DNA from: Lama guanicoe
Lineage: Eukaryota
Direction: 5' to 3'
Assembly (NCBI GenBank): GCA_013239625.1
Contig: MU054220.1
Span: forward strand, 4,647,328 to 4,711,327
DNA: 64,000 nt
Shown: positions 12,425 through 25,107 of the stretch, piece by piece
Numbering within the stretch: position 1 is the first letter of the stretch
How the letters are laid out: each line of letters begins with the position of its first letter
The notes under the pieces: model-generated
Told to the model about the DNA's origin: nothing
Databases searched by the model: none
What the model saw: only the letters and a program-made list of their open reading frames with translations
Translations under genes and position numbers: made by a program

Positions 12425-14419
12425 TAAAATTGCACAAATACAAACTTTTGAAATATTTTTAATAATTGGTAAGAATCCAACATACATAAACTTCTAATCA
12501 AAGTAAATCCTTGGCTAAATTAGAACTGGTTCAATCATCTTAATTTTTAAAATAAGTATGTCTTCTTTCTGATCATATCATAGTACAAAATATTATGCCA
12601 CAGTAAGATTTCATTCTTTGAACTTTTAAATTTTCTACTGGGTTTATGTACCAGTTAGATATATTATCACTGCTTCCACAAACTATTATTTAAAATTATA
12701 AACACTTATGTCTTTATAAAAGGGTCATTAGCTCTTCTAAATCACAGATAATGCTGCAGATCATTTGATCTTAACCACTCGTCCTGTCTTCTGTGTAAAA
12801 CTTAGAAATGTCATCTCTCTTACAGACTTGGTATCGATACTAATTGTATCACTCTGCAGCATCATTGCAAAGAATTCTTAATGGTCTTAAGATATTACAC
12901 TAATATCATAATGAGTTAAATAATGAGGAATCTTTGGTTACCTGGCCATTTTCTAAAGACGGAAATCCTTAAAGAAAACTACAATTAGGATAGCAAATTC
13001 AATGTGGTCTGTGTATCATCTTATAATAACCAAATACAGAGTTAGTACATTTTAAGTTCCAGGTGAAAGTGTTAACTTGTCACCTAATATATGTATAAGT
13101 GGGTGTATAAGATATTTTAAAATCTACAAAGAAAGTTTATGAATTAGACAATTTGAAACCAGTTGTTGAGAAGAAACTTGATCTTTGATATAGATAGTCT
13201 TCTCTTAACAAGAAAACTATAAAAAAATTTATTTTGTGCCTTCAGTACCCACACTGGCCAGCAAAGGTTCTTATCTCCCCAGAACACTTTCATTTCCTAA
13301 CAGCCTGTTCACTTTTGGAGATTTTGTGTTGACTTTTGTCATGCCCTTGTAGTATTTTTAAACAAAAGTTTCTTGTTTCTGAAAAAGCTAGGTTTCATCA
13401 TAATTACTGTTTCCTGCAAATATGCTTTATTTTAATTACTGTCATGGAATCATTTCTTGTCTTAAGAACCACCTATGACTTATGCTTGTATTTTTCTGTA
13501 CTAGACTCCTGGCAATTCTTTATGACACTACCTTCATAAAACCTGGGCCTCAACTTAAAAATAATAAAATTGTTAAGATATATTTTACACCCAAACTGTC
13601 TCTGGTATTCCCCAGATAGCCACTAGGTAGCCCTCAGAGCAGGGAGGATATTAGGAAGAACGCAATATGTCCTGTATTCTCCATTTCTTTAATTAGCTCA
13701 TCTCTATTACGGGAGCTGCCTTGTTCATCAAGCCCAAGATACGGAGACCTATGGTGCAACTAATAATGAATATGGTCCAACACTGGTATACCTTTCAGGT
13801 GGACAAGACAAACTCATGATCCTGTACAAAGACTGCCACAATACTGCAAAAGAAGAAAAGACCTCCAAGATTATGTTTCTAAGTATTAAATACTCCTGCT
13901 AATTGGTGGCAGGTTTAAAACACACTTTATAATAGTCCCTGGAGATTTATTACTCAATGCCTTTAGTGTCCATCATAAGACTCATGCCCTCAAGATAATT
14001 ATTGACTAATTCATTCATTAGCTCTGTATTATACCCCAATAGGGGATTCCAGTCTGATACTGTTAATTACTGTAATAAATTAACGAGACACCATCAGTCT
14101 TATCTACAGGTGGTTTCTACTTTTCCTTCAAACACACCAAAAGGCCCAACCATAAGCTGGAGGTGAGAAAATTGAACAAAGCCTCAGTGAAGGCCTGTCT
14201 CAGTACTCTTGACTGTTACTGACTCCTGGGTCAGGATTCCTGCCTAGTGAAACCCAACACGCCACCAGGCACAAACTGTCAGACAGACTGTACCAGGAAA
14301 CTGAGTCTGTATTTTCAAGGTCCTTTTCTTCAAAAATCAGACACTTGGTAAAACCATGCTGCTGAACCAAGATCCAATGGAACAAGAATTAATTTCTCAG
14401 ATCTTCCAGACCCGACAAT

Positions 14420-14593
14420 CCACCTACTGAGTATCACTGAGTGACCTCAGGAATGCAGTGAGGAGCAAAAGAACTGTCCCTCCAAGTCTTGGCAAAATTC
14501 CTGTCTAGCAGAATTTGTGAGCATTGAAAATGGTTATTACTTCACACTAATAAGTCTGGAGTGGCTTGTTAGGCAGCAGTAGTAACTGGAACA
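14420..14593 (+). mobile_element. MLT1 (MaLR) LTR 3' part
   Basis: ggagcaaaagaactgtccc...caaaattcctg...ggcttgttaggcagcagtagtaactggaaca terminus. Confidence 0.7.
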
Positions 14594-16129
14594 TAAACTA
14601 GTAAATTGTTGCGTTGATTTAAAGATGGGCCATATAGAAAATACAACACACATTGACTGACCTTGCCCGTGAAATTAATCAGAACAATGGTCAAATATTA
14701 TACACGTCTTTACTGAGTCCTTTTACTTTACATGGCAATGTAATTAATTGCATAGGCTCAGTAAGAACCTATCCTTCTCCCTACCAAAATATAATTAGAT
14801 AAAACAAATGTGCAACTATGACTATGCCAGAAATGTTTCATTTAACGGCAAATCTCACTTAATTAGGCATGACAAGCCCACTAGTAAGAAACGAAGATTA
14901 CACCCCCATCTGGGGAAACAATGGTTCAAAGACCTCCCAGGAAACTAATCTGGTACCTGCTCTAGGATGTGTGGAGTCTCAGGCTGACAGGCAGCACAGA
15001 ATGTCACTCTCTAGAAAGCCAGTAACACTGAGGAATCTGGGGAGCTTGGAGTAAGAGGATACCTCTACAATCATAGGTACTATAGGCAAAATCAGTAGAG
15101 GCAAACTGGATGGTTTTTTGGTTCCTAATGGTTTCTGACCTTAAAAAAAGGTGAACTCTAAGGGCAATAAAAATATCTCTGGTACTGAAGAAGTGATTAA
15201 AAAAATATGACTCTAGGGCCTGCATGAAGTCCTAATCCTACCATGTGGTTCTAGTTTTATTAAACATAAAACAAAAAGATCTTTATGTGTTCAATAATGC
15301 CTCATTGTCCTATGGAGATGAAATAAGCCAAATATAACAAAGCACCTATTAACAATACCAGTGCATCAGAAAACCATGGAACAAACGTGTTTGGTCAAAC
15401 CCATATCTTAACTGCACAGATAATAGGTAAGGACTGAAAAAGTGAAACTGATAATTTTCATCTTAACCTATTCCTCTGTTGACTATAAACCAGTAAGATT
15501 TACATTTCTAGAAGCTTTGCATTTCAAGAGATAAAACCAAGGAATTACAGAGCCATTCTCAAGGTTTTCACCCTGACGTAAGTTACAAAAAGAAAAACAT
15601 CATAATTGGTTTTTTTAATCAAAGACAGAGATGTGTAAAATAAAAGCTGATTAAACGGTATGCAATCAGAATTATCAATTGCCACATAATAAGAACTATA
15701 AATATCCCATCTCTATATTCTGTGAACTAACAGGTTGTTCTGAAAACCAGTCTCCTTTGTATTGTGCTTTATTTCAAGTAAAAACTCACCTCAGAGTCCA
15801 AAAATTATTTTTATATTCTTTGACAAATCAAAGTCGACAAAAAATACTTAATATATTAATAATCCTGGCTAACAATGATACTAAAATAAGCTTATCATAT
15901 GTGTGATGACTTTCAGCTTGTCTTAATTCAACGGGTGACAGGTATCCTTAAAAAGAACTATAATTTCATCGAAGCAGTCAATCTTGAGAAAGCACTTAAC
16001 TGTTGTTGGTGAAACATTCAGTTCCCTACTAAACTGTATATAATCTTTAAAAAAATTTTTTTTCTGAAGAACTTTGATGAGTAGACTGTCCTCCACAGCC
16101 ACAAGGAATTAGTTCTCAACGCATAGAAT

Positions 16130-18390
16130 CCCCAAGTGTACATATTGACAGTAAAGAGTTAGAAGGTGAGAGCAACCCAGAAGAGGTCCTCTGTTTTTCT
16201 TCAGTTGGCACTTAGTTTCCTTTTCAATCTCCTCCTTCCCCTTTTTCTTGTTTCAATGAGATAGGGAAGAAAGATGGATGAGTTTAACCTACCCGAGTGA
16301 GGTTAAGAGCTGGACTAGGAGAGACAAGTTAGCCTAGTTAAATTAACTTGCTTGACTTCTGTTTCCCAACTGAACTCTGACTGATACAGAAATTGGTATC
16401 AGGAATGGAAGCCGAAAATATAGACCTCAGAAGACTTCCTATATTGGTTTGATTGGATGCAGTGGCATCACCATTAATCAAATTAATGATGGTTGGTATT
16501 ACAGCAAAGTATCAACTGAAGAAGTGTCTTAAGGGACCAAGCAGCTGCTACATTTGAGTTTGGAAGAAATGATGAATACAAAGACTGGAAATGCAAATCA
16601 AAACCACAATGAGATGGCACCTCACACCTGTCAGAATGGTTATCATAAAAACAAACAAACAAACAAATGTTGGTGAGAATGTGGAGAAAGGGGACCTTTC
16701 CTCCAATCCTCCTACACTGTTGGTGAGAATGTATATTGGTACAGCCACTGCGGAAAACAGTACAGAGGGTTCTCAAAAAACTAAAACTAGAGCTACCATA
16801 TGACCCAGCAATTCCACTCCTGGGTATATATCCAAAAAAACAAAAATATTAATTCAAAAAGATACATGCACCCCAGTGTTCATAGCAGCATTATTTACAG
16901 TAGCCAGGATACGAAAGCAACCGAAGTATCCATCAACAGATGAAGATGAGGTATATATATATACAATGGAATGCTACTCAGCCATGAAAAAAATTTTTGC
17001 CATTTGCAACAACATGCATGGATTTGGAAGGTACTATGCTAAGTGAAATAAGACAGATAGAGAACAACAAATAATGTGTACCAGTTATATGTGGAATCTA
17101 AAAATACAATAAACTAGTGAATATAGCAAAAAAGAAGCAGACTCACAGATATAGAGAATATACTAGAGGTAACCAGTGGGGAGATGGAAGGGGGCAGGGG
17201 CAATACTGGGTTAGGGGATTAAGAGGTACAAAATATTATGTATAAAATAAGCTACAAGGATATATTTCACAATACAGGAAGTATAGCCAATATTTTATAG
17301 TAACTATGAATGGAGTATAACCTTCAAAAATTTTAAGTCACAATATTGTATACCTGTAACTTACATAATATTATACATCAACTATACTTCAATTTAAAAA
17401 AAAAAAGCACTGTGGTATGTAGCTTCTTCTGAATGCACTGGAGCTCTTACTGAAAGGAAATGATAAGCTCAGGTCTTTAAGCTCTCAATCTCACATTTAT
17501 CAGGACCTTATATGGCAACCCCAATAAAAATTTTGATGTCTTCTAGCCACAGAGCTCGCCCAGCTAACATCAGATTTAACTGTGCCAGTCGCAGAGTTAC
17601 AATGTAAGTTGAATTTCACAGACTCACCACGTTTCATGGATGAAAGGAAAACTGAGTGAGAAAGAGTGAGACCCTGAAACTAGGGATGGGGATATCTGGG
17701 TGGACTCTGCTGAAGCTAAGATTCTTGAGACCCCATGCTACTCTGGGCCTCCCTCGCCAGTGGAAATAGAAACAGCCTGCTCTCCTCTGTATGAAGAGGT
17801 AAGCTTTCCCTGGCTTGAAAATCCTTTAATAACCTTTAATATAAGGGTAATATTCTTGCAAAGGAATTCTTTTTTTCCAGACCTCGCTGGACCATCCCTA
17901 ACCACCACCCATAACAGGGCTGGATACTGGCATTCTCTGGGGAACAAGAACAAAGTCTGATCCAGGAAGTAACAACCTATGTACAAAATAATTGTAACAT
18001 TTTGCTAATTTATATTGGTAGAAATCTGGAAAAGTCTGTGTGAGAATAGATTCTAAGAGTATTAGGATAAGTGAAACAAAGTATAACACCAGTTGGGACA
18101 GTATTCTTCATGAGTCACTTACTAGAGATTTAGGATTTAATGGTCAGCTTATACAGCTAGAAGGGGCTCTAAGAGTTAACTTGGTTGGTGGATTGAAACT
18201 TGGACTCCATGATAGCCCACATTTAATAAGACTGGGAGGCCACAACTTCCCATGGCATAATGTAGAGTCAGGTACCCAAAGGCGAAAGGAAACAGAAATG
18301 CTGGAGTTAACTTATCATTGCAACTTGCACACACACAATCCCTCTACCACTACACCCTCAAGAGGGCCCAGCAGATGCTCCATTCACTAA
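16130..18390 (+). mobile_element. ERVL 5' LTR end plus internal gag relic, split by an L1
   Basis: The LTR terminus ...tgaactctgactgataca (16388) is followed by gaaattggtatcaggaatgg. The ERVL gag motif KE*DPETRDGDIWVD lies at ~17661-17705. Confidence 0.75.
16589..17406 (+). mobile_element. 5'-truncated L1 (ORF2 C-terminus plus 3' UTR and A tail)
   Basis: ORF 16591 [20 protein letters not shown] is the L1 ORF2 C-terminal region. It ends catcaactatacttcaatttaaaaaaaaaaa. Confidence 0.92.
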
Positions 18391-21168
18391 GGCTCCAGCT
18401 TGTCCATCATATGGACAAGAAGTCATTAGTCTGGCCCTTTAACACACTGCCAGTCGTAAAATCCGCCATGTTGCTTCAACATAGGAACCTCTCCGTTGTC
18501 TCTCTCTGGCCCCTTATTTGTTTCCTTCATGTACTTACTACAAACTGTAATTATTTAATTGATGTGTCTTTTCCTGCTTTGTTTATTTTGTTTGTTTGTT
18601 TTTCAAAAAAACTATTTGCTTTCTCTGCCTCCTCCATTTGCATTTAAGTTCCATCAGGACACTGGTTCACAGCAGTCAATAAAGTCATGCTGAAGGCATA
18701 AACAGAGTTAGTCTGTCTTCGTTGACATTAAATGCTGGTCCTTCCTCCTTCTGGAATAGTTATGTTCATGAAAACATTATCCTCCCAAAGATAATTTCCA
18801 TCTGAATTAAAAACTTGTACAAACTTATAAATCTCCTCTGTATATTTATTTCTTCAGCTTAAAATGGACAACCCATGGCATAATGGGTCTGCTGATATCA
18901 CCTCTTCCATTAAATTTTTATTATGCCCAGAAAAACATTTTTCAAAATTTTCAACAACAGAAAAAAAACAAAAAACTTCCCTCATAATAAAGGTCAATTC
19001 AGTGCCTTTGCCATCTGTTCCTTCATGAAAAATGTTTGAACAGGATCCTGTCTTTCTCCAGAATCACATTTCTGCCCACAGCCATGTGTCACCTCATATC
19101 ACAAGTTAACCAAATTCTCAAATATCATTAAAGCATATCTTCTGACTCATTGGGTAATTTTTGTACAGGTTTGAGCACTTGCTGTGAGTGTCACGAGGTA
19201 GCTTTTCTTGTTTCCGCATCGAATAGATGGTGGAGTCATTCACAGCATAGCATTTCAAACGTCAACGTTCCACTTCATCAAAAGCTTCTATTTTCTGCCT
19301 ATGAACCTTTGCGTCTAGCAACTAGTAAGTGCTTTCATTAACATCAGTTTTACACACACAACATTTTTATCACCGTAAGAATTATTATACACGTGACTAC
19401 AAGCAACTAAGAAAGAACCATACTAAGATCCATGCAGTACGTTAAATTCACCTACACCTAAGGAACAACCTTGGGCTCATCCGTGTCACAGCTTAATTCA
19501 AATTCATACCTTAGCAAACCTGCAAGATACTTTAATGCCTTGGACCTTCAGGGTTTCCTAGCTGAAACCTTGAAAGTTGAAATCCTTAGTCAAAGATTTA
19601 TTGCATATCCATATACCACATGCTCACCTTTGTAAAGATCTGTGCTCTCAACTGGGTTAACAAAAATATTTAATACACTTAATATTAGGAATCTATAAAG
19701 ATGCGGTAAAGATGAAGTACATCTTGTGTAATCTGTCCAGTACAACCAGCTGTGGTCTGAGTAGAAATGATAACACAAGGATGAAGGATCAAAGAGGATA
19801 GTACATGTGAGGGGATAAAGAATAACGTACTATACAAATGTTAGAAGTAGGTGGTAATGTTAATAATAAACTACAGTATGTTGCGCATATTAAGTTTACA
19901 TAATGTTCTATGTCAATTTTATCTCAATAAAGCTGTGAAAAAAAATCATAGAAAAACATAGGAAAACAGAGGAAATCCTCTCTTAGCTGAAACTATTAGA
20001 GCAGTTTGTTAGCTGGCTACTTAGAAAAGTCAGTAAAAGCAAGGAATCCTAGAAAATGATAAATACACATCAAAACCATTTTATTTTAATTTAAACCATG
20101 AATAAGTGTCATTCATTCACCAATCCTCTCTGTAGAGCCAAGCCCTTATCTGTGTTTAGATTTGTTGTCTGGAATTCCACTCTTTCTTACCTAAACCACA
20201 TCCATAATGCATTATTTATGATGGCAGTTTCAGGTCTCTTAAAATGTGGCAAGAACTTCAACACTTATGAAATAATCGAAACAAACTTCTTCTGACTTTT
20301 TATAGTTTGTTCCAATATTCTGCATTTTTCTTGTTCACCCCTAATTGTCTTTTAGAAATTGGCAACTTCGAAAAGAACTCGCTTTTCTCAAATTTTTTCA
20401 GAGCATTCAACTTTTTTTTGTACTCCTCTTTTTATACTAATTTTGCATGTTTACAGAATATTCAATAACAAATGTACCCAGCATAAGTAAGTTCAGAAAC
20501 AAACACAACTGACTTTTCGTAAGTAAACCATTTAACTTGTACAAATAAATGTACACAAGCACCATGTGGAGAAGCCTACTGGCCACAAATAGCCAGCATG
20601 CTGGGAACTTCAGTCAGTCTGTTTTACCAAGGAACTGGACAGCACTGGCTTATCCATCTGCTTGGTTAATTAGATGTCAGTTGAAAGACTTTTTGCCACC
20701 TTGTAATTCAGGTCTCAAGCATAGCTGTGTACGAAGAAAGTTCAAAATAGTTTCCCTGTCACATGTATATATGCTACCTTTTACATTTTCCTCTATCATA
20801 TACGATGTACATTTAAAGGCAATGAAGTCAAAGAGTAAAACAATTCAAGAATATTTAAAAGAAGCAATGGAAAAGGAATTCAGATGTTTAAAGAGAACAT
20901 GATGAAATAATCAGAGAATTTGACTCCTGACAAAAGAACTTAAATGAGTCAATAAAAGACATTTTAGGCAAATTACAATAGTCCTACATGAATTTGAAAA
21001 AAATTGATGATCCATCTTTAAAACATCCCATTAAGAGCATGAAAAAGAAGCTTTCTGAACTGGAAATAAATATGTCAGTGTGAGATACCTGCTTGAAAAT
21101 GTTAAGTTTAGATTAGCTGTATTCCTTTTGTGATCTTAAGGGGAGGCAAAGGTGATGTGAGAACTTAC

Positions 21169-21244
21169 TTATTTCACTGGAAACCTGGTTCAGTTTGTCC
21201 TGCGATCTGCTGATAAGGACAATCTTCATGCCACGCTTTGCTAA
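21169..21244 (-). CDS. HSD17B12: HSD17B12 coding exon 3 (76 nt)
   Basis: Minus strand reads cttttattgtttcag|TTAGCAAAGCGTGGCATG...AGTGAAATAA|gtaagt. It is phase 0 and in frame with exon 2, translating LAKRGMKIVLISRSQDKLNQVSSEI plus 1 nt. The ISRS motif fits an NADP(H)-type classical SDR. Confidence 0.97.
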
Positions 21245-21374
21245 CTGAAACAATAAAAGAGACGCCGGATAGCTGAATCATACCAGTGCATTTCACTTTA
21301 AAATGTAAATCAGATACAGTCTCATTTTAAGATAACCTGATCATATTGATAACCCAAATTAAGAAACAAATCGT

Positions 21375-21509
21375 GGGGAGGGTATAGCTCAGTGGTAGAC
21401 ATGTGCTTAGCATGCATGAGGTCCTGGGTTCAATCCTCAATACCTCCATTTAAAAAATAAATAAACCTAAATACCTCCCCCCAAAATAAAATAAAAATAA
21501 AGAAAAAAA
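21375..21509 (+). mobile_element. tRNA-derived camelid SINE (vic-1 type) in intron 2
   Basis: ggggagggtatagctcagtggtag (A box)...gggttcaatcc (B box)...aaacctaaatacctcccccc plus A tail. TSD aagaaacaaa at 21361-21370 and 21510-21519. Confidence 0.88.
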
Positions 21510-22299
21510 AAGAAACAAACCCAAGCATAGTGAACAGGAACACCAAAATGAAGACGTTACAAAAGGATTCCCCAAAGGGTTATCTTTCTAAAACAAGCTA
21601 GAAGACAAATGTCAAAGGGTTTTAGAAGAAGGAGAAATTTTACTTTTTATTTTGTACCTATCTATATACTGTTTTGGTTTTTTAAATCATAAATATCTAT
21701 CTTCTTTACAAATTAGCTTTTAAAAAGTTTTTGTTTCAGACTAGATACGGGAAGACTAGAGGACTGGCAAAGAAAATCACAGTTAAAATGTTAGGAATTC
21801 CTAAAAATAGAATCAATTTTAAAATGTTTAATTAAACGTTATACTTTACGGACAACAAAGGCAAACTGAGATAGTTAACTGGAAGAATTAATAAGTAACG
21901 TCCTGAGGAGTACCTTCTATGTACTTTCCCAGTGCTCAGTAAATGCTGCACAGAATGAACAAAATTTACAGAAATGTGGTTTCCAATCCAGACACACCAT
22001 AAATATAGAGGCAGAAGAAAAAAAAAAAACACTGATACACACAAAACTTTTTAGTGAACTCTTCCAGACAGTATATAAGTGAGAATAAATTAGGTGCTAC
22101 AAACTGCGTAATTTAGTAAACTAATTTTCCAGCCTTAATACCCAAAGTCAACTTTTATTAAGTAATGGGTAGCACTGCAAATGAGAAGATATGGAAGACC
22201 ATTTTTTATAAAAATAACTAGGATTGGTAGTAATTTGCTAAATTAATCTTCTATAAAACCACTAAAATACCCATGAATACAGACTGATAATTTTTTTAA

Positions 22300-23235
22300 A
22301 AATTAATGGGGGAGTAAGAATAAGGAAAAGCTCTTATTTATAGAAAAACATCATCTAATATAGATGTAGAAGGAAAGATATCATTTTTTTAAAAATCACC
22401 ACTTTTAACCACCATGGTAATAACTAATTCAGGCAAAAAATCATCAACAGATATGGGTGGAAGATTGTTGGGAAATGAGATATTCATAGGTCTCAAAGTA
22501 CCACCCCACAGATTTCTTATTAATCACAAAGGGGAAAATGTACTTTCATAAGGAGAATTATGGTGGACAGCATATTAATAAATGATTTATCTTAATGTAA
22601 TCAATAAAAGAACAAATAGACCTCTTGTGTCTCCTGATAAGGTAAACTCAAAGGGATACAGTATCACTTGCGTAGCATTCCTGCTAAAAAAAAATGTTTA
22701 ACCTGAATCTAATTATGAGGAAACAGACAAATCCAAGGTGAGAAATCTACAAAACAACTGGCCTGGATTTTTCAAAAATGCCAGTTATAAAAGAAAAAAG
22801 GAAAAAAACTAAAAAAGGAGGCTAGGGAACTCTTCCAGTTTAGAGACGTGATATCTAAATGCAACATATAATCCTTAAAAGGATCTTGAAACAAAAAAAG
22901 GGGCTCTATAAAAGATGTTATTGGACAATTGGGAAACTTGCTTATGGGCTGTATATTATGTGGTATTATTGTGTCAAGTTAAACTCCCTGTGTGTGTGAC
23001 CACTGTACTGTGGTTATAGGGGTGAATGTTCTAGTTCTCAGGAGATTCACACAGGAATATTTAAGAGTGAATTGTTACGCTGTAACTCACAAATGGTCCA
23101 GCCAAGTTATAATTATAATGATAAAGTTAAATTTGACAAAATATTAATAATTTGGTAAATCCAGGTAAAGGGTATATGGGTGTTCATTGTATTCTTCTTG
23201 CAACTTTTCTGTAGTTTTCATATTCAAAATAAAAA
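22300..23235 (+). mobile_element. Old L1MC4/L1ME-type 3' region
   Basis: aacctgaatctaattatgaggaaacagacaaatccaag...caaaacaactggcctgga...gtattcttcttgcaacttttctgta. Confidence 0.75.
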
Positions 23236-23886
23236 GCTAGGAAAACAAAGGATTTTTTCTTAATACTTTTGATAAGACACTTGAGAGATTCAATGAATCT
23301 GCGAGGTTCTTCATCACAATCAGGCAACATCAGTGGTGCCTTTACAGAACTGGAAGGCAGGCAGGTCTGCCTTAACAGCACTGCCAAGGCTCCTGCTTTG
23401 TACAATGGTCTTCAAGCTATTACAGTTTCCTATCCTTTAATTACACTACGGAGAACCTGAATCCTTTGCCTGTGACTGTCATTATCAGTCAATCACAGTC
23501 CTTCTTGTGACAATGATACCACTGACTTGTCTGGAGATATAACCATCCTAATAATACATCTACCTTTTGGAAAATAATTCAAAAAATCAACATTAAAAAC
23601 TGAGGACTGTCCATAATTATACAATATAAAATAAAATTACACTAAAATTTTCATAACCCCAACTTACCAGGATTAAAAAATTTTACATTCTGCACAAAAA
23701 TTTGCGTTAAAATTGTGTTTAGGCAAACGTAGTATCTCTGACAAGGCAGAAACAAAGTACATCTACTGTACTAGATAACACTATGTTTGTACTTTTAACT
23801 TCAAAAATCAAAACTACTGTAAGAGATTATTCTATATTTGTTCTTATATTTGTATACCAAAAAGACTGGTCTTGAAAATTACATAC

Positions 23887-23933
23887 CTCTTCTGCATATG
23901 ATTTTCCAATTCCATCAGTACTACCTGTAACAA
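23887..23933 (-). CDS. HSD17B12: HSD17B12 coding exon 2 (47 nt), Rossmann TGxxxGxG cofactor-binding motif
   Basis: Minus strand reads ttttttcttttctcag|TTGTTACAGGTAGTACTGATGGAATTGGAAAATCATATGCAGAAGAG|gtatgt. With a phase-1 start it translates (V)VTGSTDGIGKSYAEE, matching mammalian HSD17B12. Confidence 0.97.
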
Positions 23934-24062
23934 CTGAGAAAAGAAAAAAATAACAGTTTAGTTTAAGAATTACAATGAAGGCAGAGTTGGGGGTGGGGAA
24001 GAATTACAATGCAGAACTGATCATAGGACCCACCAATTAGACACAAGAGGATCTGTGTAATA

Positions 24063-24295
24063 GAGTTGACCCTGGAGTAACATAGGTTTGAACTGCAAGG
24101 GTCTACTTATACACAGATTTTTTCCCAATAAATACATACTATAGTACTACATGACCCAAGGTTGGTTGAATCCCCGATGCAAAACCTTGCATGCGGAACC
24201 TTGGATATTGAGAGCCATCTCTAAAGTTAGACTTGGATTTTCCACTGCTTGGAGAGTCTGTGCCCCAGCCCCCCATGCTGTTCAAGGGTCAACTG
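24063..24295 (-). mobile_element. MER8-like Tigger MITE
   Basis: TIRs gagttgaccctgga...tgttcaagggtcaactg; internal orientation opposite to the copy at 10420. Confidence 0.8.
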
Positions 24296-24299
24296 CACT

Positions 24300-24555
24300 T
24301 TGAGGTTGGAAGGTTGAACTGGTATCACATGGCTCAAAGCTCTAATCTTCTAACCACATGGTTGGTGTTTCTGGCAGGACCAGCCCCCATCTTGAAGCTC
24401 TGTAGGGTCCCACTATGAGTGACCTCATTAGTATAAATTACCAGAGCCCAGCATGAGTAACAAAGACACTCCTGTCACTGAGGAAATTCCAAGGATTTAG
24501 ATACTCCCTCCCAGGAACCAGAGACAAAGGCCAGTCAAATTCTTTATTATACAAT
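24300..24555. mobile_element. MER21-like LTR fragment
   Basis: gaccagcccccatcttgaagct...ctcattagtata...ggaaattccaaggatttag...ccaggaaccagagacaaaggcc. Confidence 0.6.
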
Positions 24556-24558
24556 TAC

Positions 24559-25107
24559 TGTGACTGAAAAAATGTATTACCCAATGTGGAGCTGACTGGC
24601 ACTCTCTGGAGTCATAAAACCCCACCACCACCGAGCTCTCTGGGTACCTGGAGCTGATTGACACCTTAACCCCTACCCCCACTGCAGGACCCTTTGCATA
24701 CCTGCATTTCTGCAAGATACCTTCTCTTGATGTGTGTTTACCCTAACAAAGCTAAACCGCCCCAAGAAATAGCCCAACTCACAATACCCTAGGCAGACAG
24801 GCCTCACATCCTGCCCTTATCAGAGTTGTAAATCCTACTGTCCAGAAAAGTTCCTGACAGATCTTACAACCCATCAGGTACCTGTGTATGAACTGATCAT
24901 GAAGCCCCTACTCCTTGTGTGGACAGCCCCCTCCCCCTCCCCCTCCCCAAAAAGATGCTGTATGTCCACTCTCGGCTCACACAGGTACCTCTCAACTGTG
25001 TGGCCCGCTGTTGCCTATAGCAGCATCCTTATTAAACTTTCCTAAACTTTCCTCGGTCTCTGGTAATTCTTTTACCAACCTGGGTCACTGCGTTGTGTCT
25101 CACAACA
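24559..25107 (+). mobile_element. Solo ERV1-class LTR
   Basis: TG...CA termini (tgtgactg...cacaaca), ATTAAA signal near 25031 followed by ggtaattcttttaccaacc. Confidence 0.65.

Noticed and set aside
13600..14200. Unique-looking block with several TAAT motifs
   Set aside because: I could not distinguish it from unrecognised old repeat or neutral AT-rich sequence without alignments.
19510..19561. 52-nt cryptic exon (tttcag|...CTAAG|gtatga) on minus
   Set aside because: Poor pyrimidine tract with a competing upstream AG, and no other support.
1..21168. HSD17B12 exon 4 and later exons
   Set aside because: By-eye reading found no minus-strand segment encoding KEKFKVETRTIAVDF or YxxxK-region sequence; presumed beyond the left edge.
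21375..21450. tRNA gene (also 29382 and 61520-61595)
   Set aside because: The A/B boxes are followed by a SINE linker, A tail and TSDs, so these are SINE heads rather than tRNAs.
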